Shown here piece after piece: positions 49,624-59,262 of a stretch of DNA of 64,000 bases. The notes beneath the pieces are model-generated. The model saw only the letters and a program-made list of their open reading frames with translations. It did not search any database and was not told the origin of the DNA. Origin of the DNA: Bdellovibrionales bacterium (lineage in GTDB: Bacteria; Bdellovibrionota; Bdellovibrionia; Bdellovibrionales; JAMPXM01); assembly GCA_043739185.1 (NCBI GenBank), contig JAYUEN010000155.1:52962-116961 (forward strand), in the 5' to 3' direction. The position numbers and the translations under genes are program-made. Every line of letters starts with the position of its first letter. Position 1 is the stretch's first letter.

Positions 49624-52600
49624 CTACAATTCCCGTACCCAAGGATGTAAATATCCTTTAAGTTGACCCTGTTTTTTTGCTTCAACTAAACTCTCGCGAT
49701 ACTTGGCGGTGAGTGAAAAATTGCGATACAAAGCTGCAAGTCCCCAATAAGCTTTTTTGTCTATTATGGGTGTCATGCCAGGTTTCAAAGGGCCAGACTT
49801 AAGCATAGCTTGAAACCAGTTGAGTGCATCCTCGTACATTTTCATTTTCATTAAAATCATGCCCATTTCAAGGCGGGGGCTGTGATCAGAGGGCTCGAGC
49901 TCAGAAAGTTGCTGTTCAAGTAAGAAGGCAAATGAGTAGTCTTCGGATTTGAGTTTCGAATCAATCCATTTTTTAAGTATTACTTTGTCTTTTGGGTTAC
50001 GAAATAAGCCGGTTTTAAATTGGACATCGGAACTTGATGGCGCCCCAATGCGATTATAAAAATCAAAGCTTTCCGAAGCTTCGTTAACTTCAGCCCTGCC
50101 ATCGCCGGCACAGGCCTTGGTAAAATGCGTAAGTACTTCAAATTGATTTGCAGATTTGAGGCAGTTTTCAAAAAATAAACTCGCGTTTTGGCGATAAGAA
50201 TTAATTTGGGGTTGAATGGCCTTTTTGAATTGGTCACTTGAAAGGCCCGCGGGCGCTCTGCCATTGGCGAGAAAATTTGCAAAGTTCAAATTGAGTTGAC
50301 CCAAAAGATAAAGTGCACCGAGTGTCCAGCGACCAACGCCCATGCCAACGATGCGTTGTAGGCTGCGATCGAGTTCTTGGTAAAGAGCAAGCTTCTGTTT
50401 TAAGATATCGGTTGAAATCGTGGCATTGGCAGCAAAATTTCTAAATTGATTATAGCTTTCTTGGGCAACAATGAAGCCTGCGTGTGCTGACATTGCTTTT
50501 GCTTCTTCACTATTATCAATTTCGTTTGCAGCCCGACTAAGCAAGCCAAGAGCTGCGCTTTTCTGTCCCAATCTCCAAAGTGAAAGCCCCTGGTAATAGA
50601 GTCCGGGCACCCCCGAGACTTGCGCCGCAATTGAATTGAGTTGCTTCCAGTTTTGCATATTGTAATAAGCTTTTGCGGCCTTTTCAAAATTCTTGAGTTC
50701 CAAAGCAAAACTTGCCAACTTATCATTTTCAAAAAGTTGCTCGTAGATTGAGAGCGCTTGTTTGCCGTAGTCATTGTGGCTGGCATCTTGAGGAAAACGC
50801 ACATAAAAGGATTGCAAATAAAATGCGGCCTTCGGAAAGTCTGAGATTGAAAGAGCCATTTGAATAAGAGTATTGAGCAAATCTTTTGCTTTTGGAGATT
50901 GTGGGTACGTTGCCATAAAAGACTCACCGATACTAAATGCTTCATAGTCACTTTTGGCTTTACTGGCTGTGAAGGCTTCAAATAGAGCGGTTTCACCTAG
51001 GTCTGAGCCTTTATTGCTTTTAGCAAACTGCAAAAATTGACTGACGTATTTGTTTGTGCCGAAATCGCCCGCAAGTGATTTTACATTTTTAAGTTGGGCT
51101 TGTTTGATGATGGCAGACACACTGGCTTTAATTTCTGCTGAGAGTCTGGGATTATTTGTGAGACTACGCCCTTCGCCAATTAAAAGACTCGACTTATCTT
51201 GCAGATAAAAAGAATCGAGTAAAAGTAGCGCGGCGCGCCCGGTATTTTCATTTCGCGGATAAGTTTGTATAAATTTTCTGAGTTCAGGAATCGCCTTTTG
51301 AAAAATTCGTTCATCGTAAAAACTCTTTGCGATATTAAATTCAATAGCGGGCCTGCCGGCATCTTTTGGATAGTTTTGTACAAATAGGGCGCCAGCATTT
51401 CTTAAGCCATTTCGACCTTGATTGCGCTCAAGTAAAGTCAATTTATTTTCGTCTTTGAAAGCTTCGATAAAAGCTTGAATTGCCGAGGATAAAAAGTCTT
51501 TTTTCTTCTTCTTGCTTTTGTATCCCGTTGACAGTTTAAGATAAACATAAGCAGATTCGACTTTTTTATCTAAAAAGTAGTATACCTCTGCAAAGTTCAT
51601 ATTCATCTCGCCAAGATAGCGTGAGCTCGGATAGATCCAAAAATAGTCTTTATAAGACTCAAGTGCGCGTTCAAAATCCTCTGATTTTTTCGTCGCCATT
51701 GCTGTTTTGTGGCGATAAGTGGCGACATCGCGAAGCAGGGGCTCATATTTCTCAATATTGTTTTTGCTATCACCTTCGCTGATAAGTTTCAATGCGGCGG
51801 CGACTTCCTGAGATACATCTTTCGGGTAATAATCAATCTTAGCGGTTTTCATTGCCGTGAAATAATCTTCAAGAGCCTCACGCTTGATAGTTGAATCATC
51901 CGAAAGTCTTAAGAGTTCGAAAAAGACTTCAGCGGCTTCGGGGTTTCGCTTTTTCAAAACGAGTCTGCGACCTAAGCGGGCGAGAACTCGGCGATAACTG
52001 CCCTTATCAAAAGAGGCCTCGCGATAATATTTAAGAGTATTGAGAAATTCAGGATGAGTATAAAGGGTTTTCGAATCTAGCTCAGTAAATGGCCATACGC
52101 TGGCCACCAAAGCTTCTTCACGCACATCCATTTTTGCGAATTCGGCTGGAGTTTGATCTTTTGAAAAGACTAGACGGTCTTTAAAAACATGGCTAAAGGC
52201 ATCGAGCGCTTTCAACCATTGCGCGGTATTCACATAGCACCAGCCCATTTTGTGATAGGCGAGGAGCGTGACCGGCGTTGGTGGGCGCTCAATGATTTTC
52301 TTGTATTGAGCAAGGGCAAATTCAAAGTCTTTTTTGTCAAAAAACACATTGCTTAAGTTGAGTTGTGATTCTTCCCAATATTTACTTTGTTTGAAATTAT
52401 CGACAATTTTTTTATGGGTCGTCTTGGCTTGCTCCATATCACCAAGGTCGCGATACTCGTGGGCCATGAAGAATAAAACTTTGTCGAGGAGTTGGTAGTT
52501 CGGAAAGCGATTTTCAATATTCTTATAGATATCAATGGCCTCTAGTCTGATCTTTTTGGCCTCAGAAAAGTCAATTTCATCAGGAGTTTTTGCTTTTGAT

Positions 52601-52842
52601 TTGATTTGCGTGATCAAATAGGCGATTGCCGCTTTATCAAGGTAGAGGCCGGCTAAAGAGAAATACAAATCAGGTAAAAATGCAAAAGCCTTGGCACTTT
52701 CAATTTTAGATTGGGTGATTTTGATCGACTGCTCAACCTTTTTTAAGTCCGCTTTATAAGTATCAAGACTTACTGAAGAAGTTTCAGCTTTGGTTTGAAC
52801 AGTGATAAAGAATATGAATAAGAGTAGGATTAAAGTTTTCAC
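49624..52842 (-). CDS. Large periplasmic TPR protein (GltD/AgmU-like)
   Basis: Signal peptide and numerous TPR-like repeats with YP.S turns, in a Glt-like operon. Confidence 0.8.
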   Translation of the reverse strand: MKTLILLLFIFFITVQTKAETSSVSLDTYKADLKKVEQSIKITQSKIESAKAFAFLPDLYFSLAGLYLDKAAIAYLITQIKSKAKTPDEIDFSEAKKIRLEAIDIYKNIENRFPNYQLLDKVLFFMAHEYRDLGDMEQAKTTHKKIVDNFKQSKYWEESQLNLSNVFFDKKDFEFALAQYKKIIERPPTPVTLLAYHKMGWCYVNTAQWLKALDAFSHVFKDRLVFSKDQTPAEFAKMDVREEALVASVWPFTELDSKTLYTHPEFLNTLKYYREASFDKGSYRRVLARLGRRLVLKKRNPEAAEVFFELLRLSDDSTIKREALEDYFTAMKTAKIDYYPKDVSQEVAAALKLISEGDSKNNIEKYEPLLRDVATYRHKTAMATKKSEDFERALESYKDYFWIYPSSRYLGEMNMNFAEVYYFLDKKVESAYVYLKLSTGYKSKKKKKDFLSSAIQAFIEAFKDENKLTLLERNQGRNGLRNAGALFVQNYPKDAGRPAIEFNIAKSFYDERIFQKAIPELRKFIQTYPRNENTGRAALLLLDSFYLQDKSSLLIGEGRSLTNNPRLSAEIKASVSAIIKQAQLKNVKSLAGDFGTNKYVSQFLQFAKSNKGSDLGETALFEAFTASKAKSDYEAFSIGESFMATYPQSPKAKDLLNTLIQMALSISDFPKAAFYLQSFYVRFPQDASHNDYGKQALSIYEQLFENDKLASFALELKNFEKAAKAYYNMQNWKQLNSIAAQVSGVPGLYYQGLSLWRLGQKSAALGLLSRAANEIDNSEEAKAMSAHAGFIVAQESYNQFRNFAANATISTDILKQKLALYQELDRSLQRIVGMGVGRWTLGALYLLGQLNLNFANFLANGRAPAGLSSDQFKKAIQPQINSYRQNASLFFENCLKSANQFEVLTHFTKACAGDGRAEVNEASESFDFYNRIGAPSSSDVQFKTGLFRNPKDKVILKKWIDSKLKSEDYSFAFLLEQQLSELEPSDHSPRLEMGMILMKMKMYEDALNWFQAMLKSGPLKPGMTPIIDKKAYWGLAALYRNFSLTAKYRESLVEAKKQGQLKGYLHPWVREL

Positions 52843-54281
52843 TTGTTCACCTTCTCAGCGCTGCAGCGATCGTCGATAAGAACTTTATAATTTTTTAATT
52901 CTTCCCACCAGTACTCTTCATTCACTGGCCAAAAGAGTGAGTCAAAGCCAAGGGTGGTAACTTTAGCTGACTCGTAAGATCTCTTATCGCGCTGATTGAT
53001 TCTCAACTCATCTAAATCAGATATATAATCAAGTAGTAGTAAATTATCATAGTTGGTTAAAAGACGATTGGACTCAAGGTCTATCAAATCGGGAAGAGAT
53101 CTTTGCAAACTCATTTTCATTTGCTTTTCGTGAAGTAAAGACTCTTCATAAGTTGAGCGTAATAGTCCCATTAGCTTCCCAGAAAATTGCTTTTTAAGCT
53201 CTTGGCCCTCTTTGCGCAAATTATTTATAAAATCTGCTTTGTCCTTATAGGGGCTGTGAATGAGAATATTCGCTAGGATCAGGTCATTTTTTTCAACATT
53301 CTTTTTGTTTTTGATTTGAGCAATGAGACTTTGATAAATTTGTTCGAATTCACGCAATTTCTCTTTTACACTAGGGTAGTGACAAAGATCTCGATAGATA
53401 AACATCGACAACATATATTGTTCAGGATTTTGATTGTTAATGAAGTAAGGAGCGCGCAAGGACTCTAAAGTACCTAGTGAGGTTGAATAATCTTTTTTAT
53501 AATAGCGCAGCCAAGCTCTTTCTAAAAGGGATTGCCCGAGATCGCGACCTTGAAAACTCAATTTGTAAAAGATGGCTTCGGCTTGGTCATATTCTTTCTG
53601 TTCAAATAAAAGGCGAGCGAGATTCCAAGAAGCTTTGTATTTAATATTGTCATTGGTGCCTGCATCATCGATTAGTTCGTGAAAAATGGATTTGGCAGAT
53701 TCATAATCATCTTTTTTAATTTTCTCAAGTGCGCGAAAATACTTGAGGCGTTGTCCCCAGTGGGTTTTGGGATCGACTTTTGCCAGGGCAGAGGCGATCC
53801 ATTCGTTCAAGCCACGCTTCATATTATCCAGAGCCGTATAATAATAAATCATAGACTCGAGTTCTTTTGGATAGTCCGTGAAATTGGCGAGGTTGATAAG
53901 TCGTGATAGAGCTTCTTCGTCAACAAAGCTGGTGTCGGACATCGAATTGATTTCTAAAAGCGACGCAATTGCTGGCATTGAACCCGGATGATAAGCAAGA
54001 ATTTTTTTAAATATTTCGAAACTAAGAGTCGGGAAGCCTTGCTGTTTTAGGGTTTTTGCGACCACCTCGGCGGCTTCAGCCCCACGAATTGATTTGATAT
54101 TGTATTTTGCTTCAGCCTCTAGCGCCAGTCGAAGAAGTTCATTTGATTGATTTGCAGTTTGAAGTTCGGTGGCCTTTGTCCAAAAATTAATATCGACTGG
54201 CTTGTAATTCCAATCCTCATTGCCAGCCATTGCTGACTGAAAAAAAGGTAAAATGAGGAAGCCAAAAAAAATCTTTTTCAC
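52839..54281 (-). CDS. TPR protein (GltC-like)
   Basis: LLERAW, DLCHY and C-terminal FWPVNEEYWWEEL..Y.V.I..RC. GTG start at 54281. Confidence 0.8.
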   Translation of the reverse strand: MKKIFFGFLILPFFQSAMAGNEDWNYKPVDINFWTKATELQTANQSNELLRLALEAEAKYNIKSIRGAEAAEVVAKTLKQQGFPTLSFEIFKKILAYHPGSMPAIASLLEINSMSDTSFVDEEALSRLINLANFTDYPKELESMIYYYTALDNMKRGLNEWIASALAKVDPKTHWGQRLKYFRALEKIKKDDYESAKSIFHELIDDAGTNDNIKYKASWNLARLLFEQKEYDQAEAIFYKLSFQGRDLGQSLLERAWLRYYKKDYSTSLGTLESLRAPYFINNQNPEQYMLSMFIYRDLCHYPSVKEKLREFEQIYQSLIAQIKNKKNVEKNDLILANILIHSPYKDKADFINNLRKEGQELKKQFSGKLMGLLRSTYEESLLHEKQMKMSLQRSLPDLIDLESNRLLTNYDNLLLLDYISDLDELRINQRDKRSYESAKVTTLGFDSLFWPVNEEYWWEELKNYKVLIDDRCSAEKVNK

Positions 54282-54282
54282 A

Positions 54283-54915
54283 TTAATTTTCCGAAGATCC
54301 AAAGTTAATTGAGTAACCAATTCCCAAAGACAGAATGACATTTGAACTTTTGCCTGGAGCCGTTTGATAATAAAGACGGGCGTCTAATTTCAAGGATGAC
54401 GAATGACTGAAGAAGTAGCGATTGATCATGCCGCCACCAAACATTGGGGCGGTATCCCCTGAAATGAAACCGACCATGCCTCCGCCAAGAAGCAAACTCG
54501 TTTCACTGCTCACGACTCGGTTATTAAAAATTAAATTTTTTGAGTAAATGGGCGTATAAACATAATTAGTTGAGGCTATCCAGCGGTAATAATCTAAAAT
54601 CCCCTGAGGCTGAGCATTGAAATTGTCGATCAAATTATTCTTGAGTCCGGTGTTTTGATTGAATGCCACAGAGACATTGGCGACTTCCCAGCCGGCAAAT
54701 GATTTGTAAAAGTAAGTATAGGAAGAGTTGAAAATAAGGCTTTTGTTAAAAGCATCTAAGGGTAGATAGCCGGCCGAAAAGGCCAAATCGTGAGCCACAG
54801 TAAATTTGCGGCCTTCGATGGCGACGACTTTTGGGACATCATAAGCATCCGCAAAAAGTTTTTCGGGAATGAAAAAAAGAATTGTGAAGACGACTATGTA
54901 GAGAGAATTAATCAT
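54283..54915 (-). CDS. Outer-membrane beta-barrel protein (GltA/GltB-like)
   Basis: Signal peptide, alternating beta-strand pattern, YTPIYSK motif, aromatic C-terminal strand. Confidence 0.75.
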   Translation of the reverse strand: MINSLYIVVFTILFFIPEKLFADAYDVPKVVAIEGRKFTVAHDLAFSAGYLPLDAFNKSLIFNSSYTYFYKSFAGWEVANVSVAFNQNTGLKNNLIDNFNAQPQGILDYYRWIASTNYVYTPIYSKNLIFNNRVVSSETSLLLGGGMVGFISGDTAPMFGGGMINRYFFSHSSSLKLDARLYYQTAPGKSSNVILSLGIGYSINFGSSEN

Positions 54916-55050
54916 ACTTATTGAATCGTCTAAATTTGAGAAATGAATAAGTCTAGCTCGTAAGATCTGGTCCGAAAGCTTTGCAGTGAGTGTTGATAAC
55001 CGACTTTGGTCTATATTGAGAAAAAAAATGAAACTGCCGAGACTTAAGAA

Positions 55051-55302
55051 ATGGCGACTCGATTGTTTTTCCTAATTTCATTTTTAAGCATCGCTGCCAG
55101 TGCGCAAAATTTGCCAGGCGGTAATAAAGTGGATCTTGGTGACGTCCAGATCAAGGGCGAACTCAATGCAGATAAAGGTCTCAATCTTTCATCGCGCGAA
55201 AAAAACTATTTATCTGATCAGATAAAACTTCGAACAAGTTTTAAAGAAGATATTTTAGAAGAGCTGCCGCCATATTTCAAAACTCCAGAAGCGAATCCCT
55301 AG
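55051..55302 (+). CDS. Small secreted GltF/CglF-like protein
   Basis: Signal peptide and D..D..IKGEL...IKLRTSF..I pattern, divergent from the Glt-like operon. Confidence 0.65.
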   Translation: MATRLFFLISFLSIAASAQNLPGGNKVDLGDVQIKGELNADKGLNLSSREKNYLSDQIKLRTSFKEDILEELPPYFKTPEANP

Positions 55303-55327
55303 GACCGCCGGTATTAAGCGGAGTTCG

Positions 55328-55403
55328 TTTTCCCTGAACACGACTCTGGTATACGGCAGCAGTCAGTTCTTGATGCCGTATGCCAGCGTTGCGTTAGGGG
55401 AAA
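55328..55403. repeat. Long imperfect intergenic hairpin
   Basis: TTTCCCT..AACACGAC.CTGGTATACGGCA pairs with TGCCGTATGCCAG.GTTGCGTT.GGGGAAA, between convergent genes. Confidence 0.7.
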
Positions 55404-55451
55404 GCAAAGTGATTATGGGTAATAAAAATCACTTCGCAAGCCTCAAGGCTT

Positions 55452-56219
55452 TTACCCTGGAGGCGCTCCACCTGGCGTCGGAGTTGGCTGAGGTACTGGT
55501 GTTGGTACAGGAGTCGGGGCAGGTGTAGCTGTGGGAGCGGGAGTGGCCGTCGGTGCCGGTGTAGCTGTAGGGGCGGGAGTGGCCGTCGGAGTCGCGGTAG
55601 GACCAGGAGTTGCGGTAGGACCAGGAGTCGCAGTAGGACTAGGAGTCGGAACTGGACAACTTGAGCCGCCACTGCAAACCTGGCCAGCACCACAACTCAA
55701 AGGCGCTTGTGAGGGCTGGCAGGTGGTCACGGCTGGTCCCGATAAGATGTAATTACTCGGTACGGATCCCTTCCAATAATCAGGTGGCGGACAGCCTTCA
55801 AAACGACAATCGTTATTTTTATTTGTGTGGTCGGTGATCAAGCGCGGAATGAATGGCTTTTGAATTACGATAATACAAGAGATGTTAACAGGAGCACAAC
55901 AGGGCACAGAAGAATTTGTGCAAGCGCTTTTAGGATCGGCAGGATCGGCATAGATTGCAACTGGGTCACTGCTCAAAACATAATTCGTATAAGAAGATCC
56001 TGTTTGATAATAGCACTGGCCAGTGGCGCCTAATACCGGAGGACAGCAGCCGCGAAGGTGCACGCCTTCAAGGCGAGGGCAAAAATTATCAAGTGAGGTT
56101 CTCGGATTATTTGACCATGTTCCCCAGGGTGCAGGTGAAGAAGTATAAGTGGCGCCAGCATTTACAATTAATGCTGTAAAGTTCGCGATGAGAAGGATTA
56201 AGCAAATTAGATTTTTCAT
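55452..56219 (-). CDS. Secreted Cys-rich protein with a Pro/Thr repeat tail
   Basis: Signal peptide, many Cys, (TATP[A/G]P)n tail. ATGA overlap with the upstream gene. Confidence 0.8.
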   Translation of the reverse strand: MKNLICLILLIANFTALIVNAGATYTSSPAPWGTWSNNPRTSLDNFCPRLEGVHLRGCCPPVLGATGQCYYQTGSSYTNYVLSSDPVAIYADPADPKSACTNSSVPCCAPVNISCIIVIQKPFIPRLITDHTNKNNDCRFEGCPPPDYWKGSVPSNYILSGPAVTTCQPSQAPLSCGAGQVCSGGSSCPVPTPSPTATPGPTATPGPTATPTATPAPTATPAPTATPAPTATPAPTPVPTPVPQPTPTPGGAPPG

Positions 56220-57172
56220 TGCAGTACCGATCCCGCTTCTTGAAAGTCAGAAAAATTCATTTGAATTTTAGCTGAGCCAAACTTCACTTTATAGTATGCG
56301 AAGAGGAAAATATAGGGAGCCTTGGCACCCGGGCCAGGATTGGGCTTAAGTCTGATGGTGGCCAAAATCACATTCTCATCCAGATCGTGGTAGAAATTTA
56401 TCTGACTTGGATTCGCTACAAAACTCATTGGAGCCGCATAAGCAGGAATTTGAAATAGTGGCATTTGCGCAACATTCATCTGCCAATTCTCGCTACAATT
56501 GGCGCCCGCTCCAGTAGTAGAAATTTTCTGAATACCGGCTTGGATAAAAAGTTGCGGCGAAAAATTTGAGTTGGCGTATACGGGATTGGTATTGGATTGA
56601 ATTTCTTGAAAATTCAATACCCCGTCATTATCTGGATCATTCAAGGCATCATCTATAGCTGGATTGGTACCTTTTAAAATTTCAATCAAATCTGGAATGC
56701 CGTCTTTGTCAGAATCCAAACCAAACTGACTTTGACCAAGTGGACTCAATTGCAATGCCTTAACATCACAATCAGTTAATCCAAAGGCGTTCACAGTCGA
56801 ATTTGAACAGCCTGCCGGAATGTACTGAGCGCAAGAAGAGCCGCCTGAAAGGCGAAAACAAATAATGTCGAGTAAGCCGGTGCTGTGGCGGTCCGAAAGT
56901 TTAAATCCGTATTGGGATTTTTCACTATCCGACATGCCGCTTGAATTCGAATCCAACTTCATATCATTTTGCCGGTTCACCATATTGAGATTGGCTGTAT
57001 AAAATGAATCAACAGTATAGTTTGGATAAAGCGTATCTAAGCAAAAATTCAATTGCGATTTACTAACTGTAACGTGATCCGTAACCGCTGTACCGAGAGT
57101 CGTATTTGAGCAATTTTGAAATACCAAATGAATGACAACCAGTAGTCCTAGGAGGCTAGCAATTTGTTTCAT
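56216..57172 (-). CDS. Lipoprotein with thrombospondin type-3-like Ca-binding repeats (CglD/Mts-like, no vWA)
   Basis: VFQNC lipobox, DSDKDGIPD..E...GTNP and DPDNDG repeats. Confidence 0.75.
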   Translation of the reverse strand: MKQIASLLGLLVVIHLVFQNCSNTTLGTAVTDHVTVSKSQLNFCLDTLYPNYTVDSFYTANLNMVNRQNDMKLDSNSSGMSDSEKSQYGFKLSDRHSTGLLDIICFRLSGGSSCAQYIPAGCSNSTVNAFGLTDCDVKALQLSPLGQSQFGLDSDKDGIPDLIEILKGTNPAIDDALNDPDNDGVLNFQEIQSNTNPVYANSNFSPQLFIQAGIQKISTTGAGANCSENWQMNVAQMPLFQIPAYAAPMSFVANPSQINFYHDLDENVILATIRLKPNPGPGAKAPYIFLFAYYKVKFGSAKIQMNFSDFQEAGSVLQ

Positions 57173-59262
57173 CTTGCCACCTTTCCCATGAGAGAAAACT
57201 GATTTAAAACGCTGCTCGGATTGGTGATAGGCTGAGGCAATCCGGTGACGCCATTGTAAACAGTAACCGGAGTTAAAATAATATTATTGTCTGAAACAGT
57301 TTGCGTGACATCTAAAAATAAACCGTAATATTCGCTCACAATGTGGCTTGAATTTTGCGGCGTGATCCTATAATAAATGAAAATCTTTTGGGTGAGTGGA
57401 GTGCTTGAGTCCGTAACGGGAGATTGCAATTTTTGGATATTGAGAACATAGCCGTTTAAATTTTTGCTGGCGCCGCTCGCAGCACCTGATGCTGAGCACA
57501 TATTATTTTGTAAATTGAAATTAAATTTATTCAAAAGACTTGCGGCCATATCTGAATCAGGATAAGTCGGGTCTCGCCCCAGCTGAATTTCTTGTGAATT
57601 TGTAGTGCCGTCGCCGTCGGTATCGACGTTTGAATCTGAAGTGCTCGGATCGGTATTTTTTACGATCTCAATATAGTCAGGTAGGCCGTCACCATCTGAA
57701 TCTATACCAAGATTAAAATCTTGATTGAGCGCCGTGCAACCGGCGCTCGCAGCTGTGCACGGATCAAAAACCGGTTGCGGAGAAGTATGCAGATCGACAT
57801 ATGGTAATGGCGATCCAATTTGATCAAGACCTAAAACTTTAATATCACAGTCATTGAGACCATGCCAGCCGAAGCCATCCAAATTGTCGTAGCCTAAACG
57901 ATTGTGACGAGTGCTTAAACAAGTTACTGCATTATAGGCCGTAATGCATGAAGCTTGAATGGCGGCAATCGTAGTCGAATCTTTCACGCCACCAGCAAGG
58001 TGAGCGCAAACGCCATCTAGAATTGGCAGTGCTGTGGTCATGCCAAATTTGCCAATACTTCTCGGATCGTTATAATTGAGACAGCCTTTTTTCAGATTTG
58101 AATTCAGGCAGAGCTTATCCTTGTCATCGTCTGGTAAACCACTCGCTGAAGAATCGAGTAGAATTTTGCCTTTTCGATTCACCACATTCATATTTATGAA
58201 TCCGAATGAATCTGGTTCATAGCGAATAGACAAACTTTGATTGAGAAGACCAGTCAAAGTACTGCTATCAAAAGTGCTGCCCGCAATTTGTATCAGACCG
58301 CTACCGGTGAGTTGATTCATAAAATAAGTTTGGCAAGTCGGACTCGTCGGATCGGCGCAAGTGGTGGTACTTTGCGAATAGAAAATACCGTAAATGGTGA
58401 GATCATTATTGGTGGTTGCAGTTGAAGCCCATAGTCCTGCTTTTGCAGCTTTGATTTCATTCGAATAGCAGAGTTGTTTTGCGGCGGGATCTGTAATCGT
58501 GCCGCAGCTTGAATTGCCATCATCTGGTGCGCCGTCTGACAGAAAGAAAATGCGGTAACTAATGGTCGGATCATTGGTTTTTGTAATATCATTTGCAATA
58601 ACATTTTGTGCGCAATTCAAAGCATTGACGTAATTGGTAGCTCTCATAATTGGTGGTTGTGAAGCGGCATCAGTCGCAAGATAGTAACGTGTTTGCAGCA
58701 TGGTATACCAGGGCGAGGCTGCGGTCGTGCTTTGAATATTTTTTAATGCTGTAATTGAAGTACTTGGGTCGGCAACAAACTTTGGGCTATTGGCTTGGGT
58801 GAGATCACAACTGAGTCCGGTCGGAATGGTTCCGGTATTGTCATAAACCACGCTTCCAGCTGAATCGCTAAAGCCCACTACCGAATACTGCGCAATCACG
58901 CCATGGCTCTGCTGATCGCTTACGAAGGTTTGAATGGCGTTGAGGCGACTGCTCAAAGGATCGGTAGCTTGAGTCGGGTCAAACCAGAAGCAATTTGGGC
59001 ATACAGTTGGGATTTTGGCTTTCCAGCCTCCGATATTAGATGCCGACATATCTACGATAAATACAAATTTATTATTTTTCCCGGGAGGCTCTACACGTGA
59101 ATCAGAGCAAAGCGAACTTTGAATATTGCTTACGTAATTGAGAGCTTTTACTACGGCGGGGCCCAGCTGAACACTGTTCGCGCAATTTTGAAAAACAAAA
59201 AGCAGGGCGATGAGTCCTAGTGTAGGCAAAAGAATCAGAATTTCTCGTTTATATTTCCTCAC
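57169..59262 (-). CDS. Lipoprotein with MIDAS vWA domain and TSP3-like repeats (MtsD-like)
   Basis: VFQNC, FIVDMSAS, TNY..AL, FLSDG, DSDGDGLPD and DTDGDG. Confidence 0.8.
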   Translation of the reverse strand: MRKYKREILILLPTLGLIALLFVFQNCANSVQLGPAVVKALNYVSNIQSSLCSDSRVEPPGKNNKFVFIVDMSASNIGGWKAKIPTVCPNCFWFDPTQATDPLSSRLNAIQTFVSDQQSHGVIAQYSVVGFSDSAGSVVYDNTGTIPTGLSCDLTQANSPKFVADPSTSITALKNIQSTTAASPWYTMLQTRYYLATDAASQPPIMRATNYVNALNCAQNVIANDITKTNDPTISYRIFFLSDGAPDDGNSSCGTITDPAAKQLCYSNEIKAAKAGLWASTATTNNDLTIYGIFYSQSTTTCADPTSPTCQTYFMNQLTGSGLIQIAGSTFDSSTLTGLLNQSLSIRYEPDSFGFINMNVVNRKGKILLDSSASGLPDDDKDKLCLNSNLKKGCLNYNDPRSIGKFGMTTALPILDGVCAHLAGGVKDSTTIAAIQASCITAYNAVTCLSTRHNRLGYDNLDGFGWHGLNDCDIKVLGLDQIGSPLPYVDLHTSPQPVFDPCTAASAGCTALNQDFNLGIDSDGDGLPDYIEIVKNTDPSTSDSNVDTDGDGTTNSQEIQLGRDPTYPDSDMAASLLNKFNFNLQNNMCSASGAASGASKNLNGYVLNIQKLQSPVTDSSTPLTQKIFIYYRITPQNSSHIVSEYYGLFLDVTQTVSDNNIILTPVTVYNGVTGLPQPITNPSSVLNQFSLMGKVAR

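Noticed and set aside
55394..55752. GAGVAV-repeat and LLRL-repeat ORFs
   Set aside because: Shadows of the Pro/Thr repeat tail.
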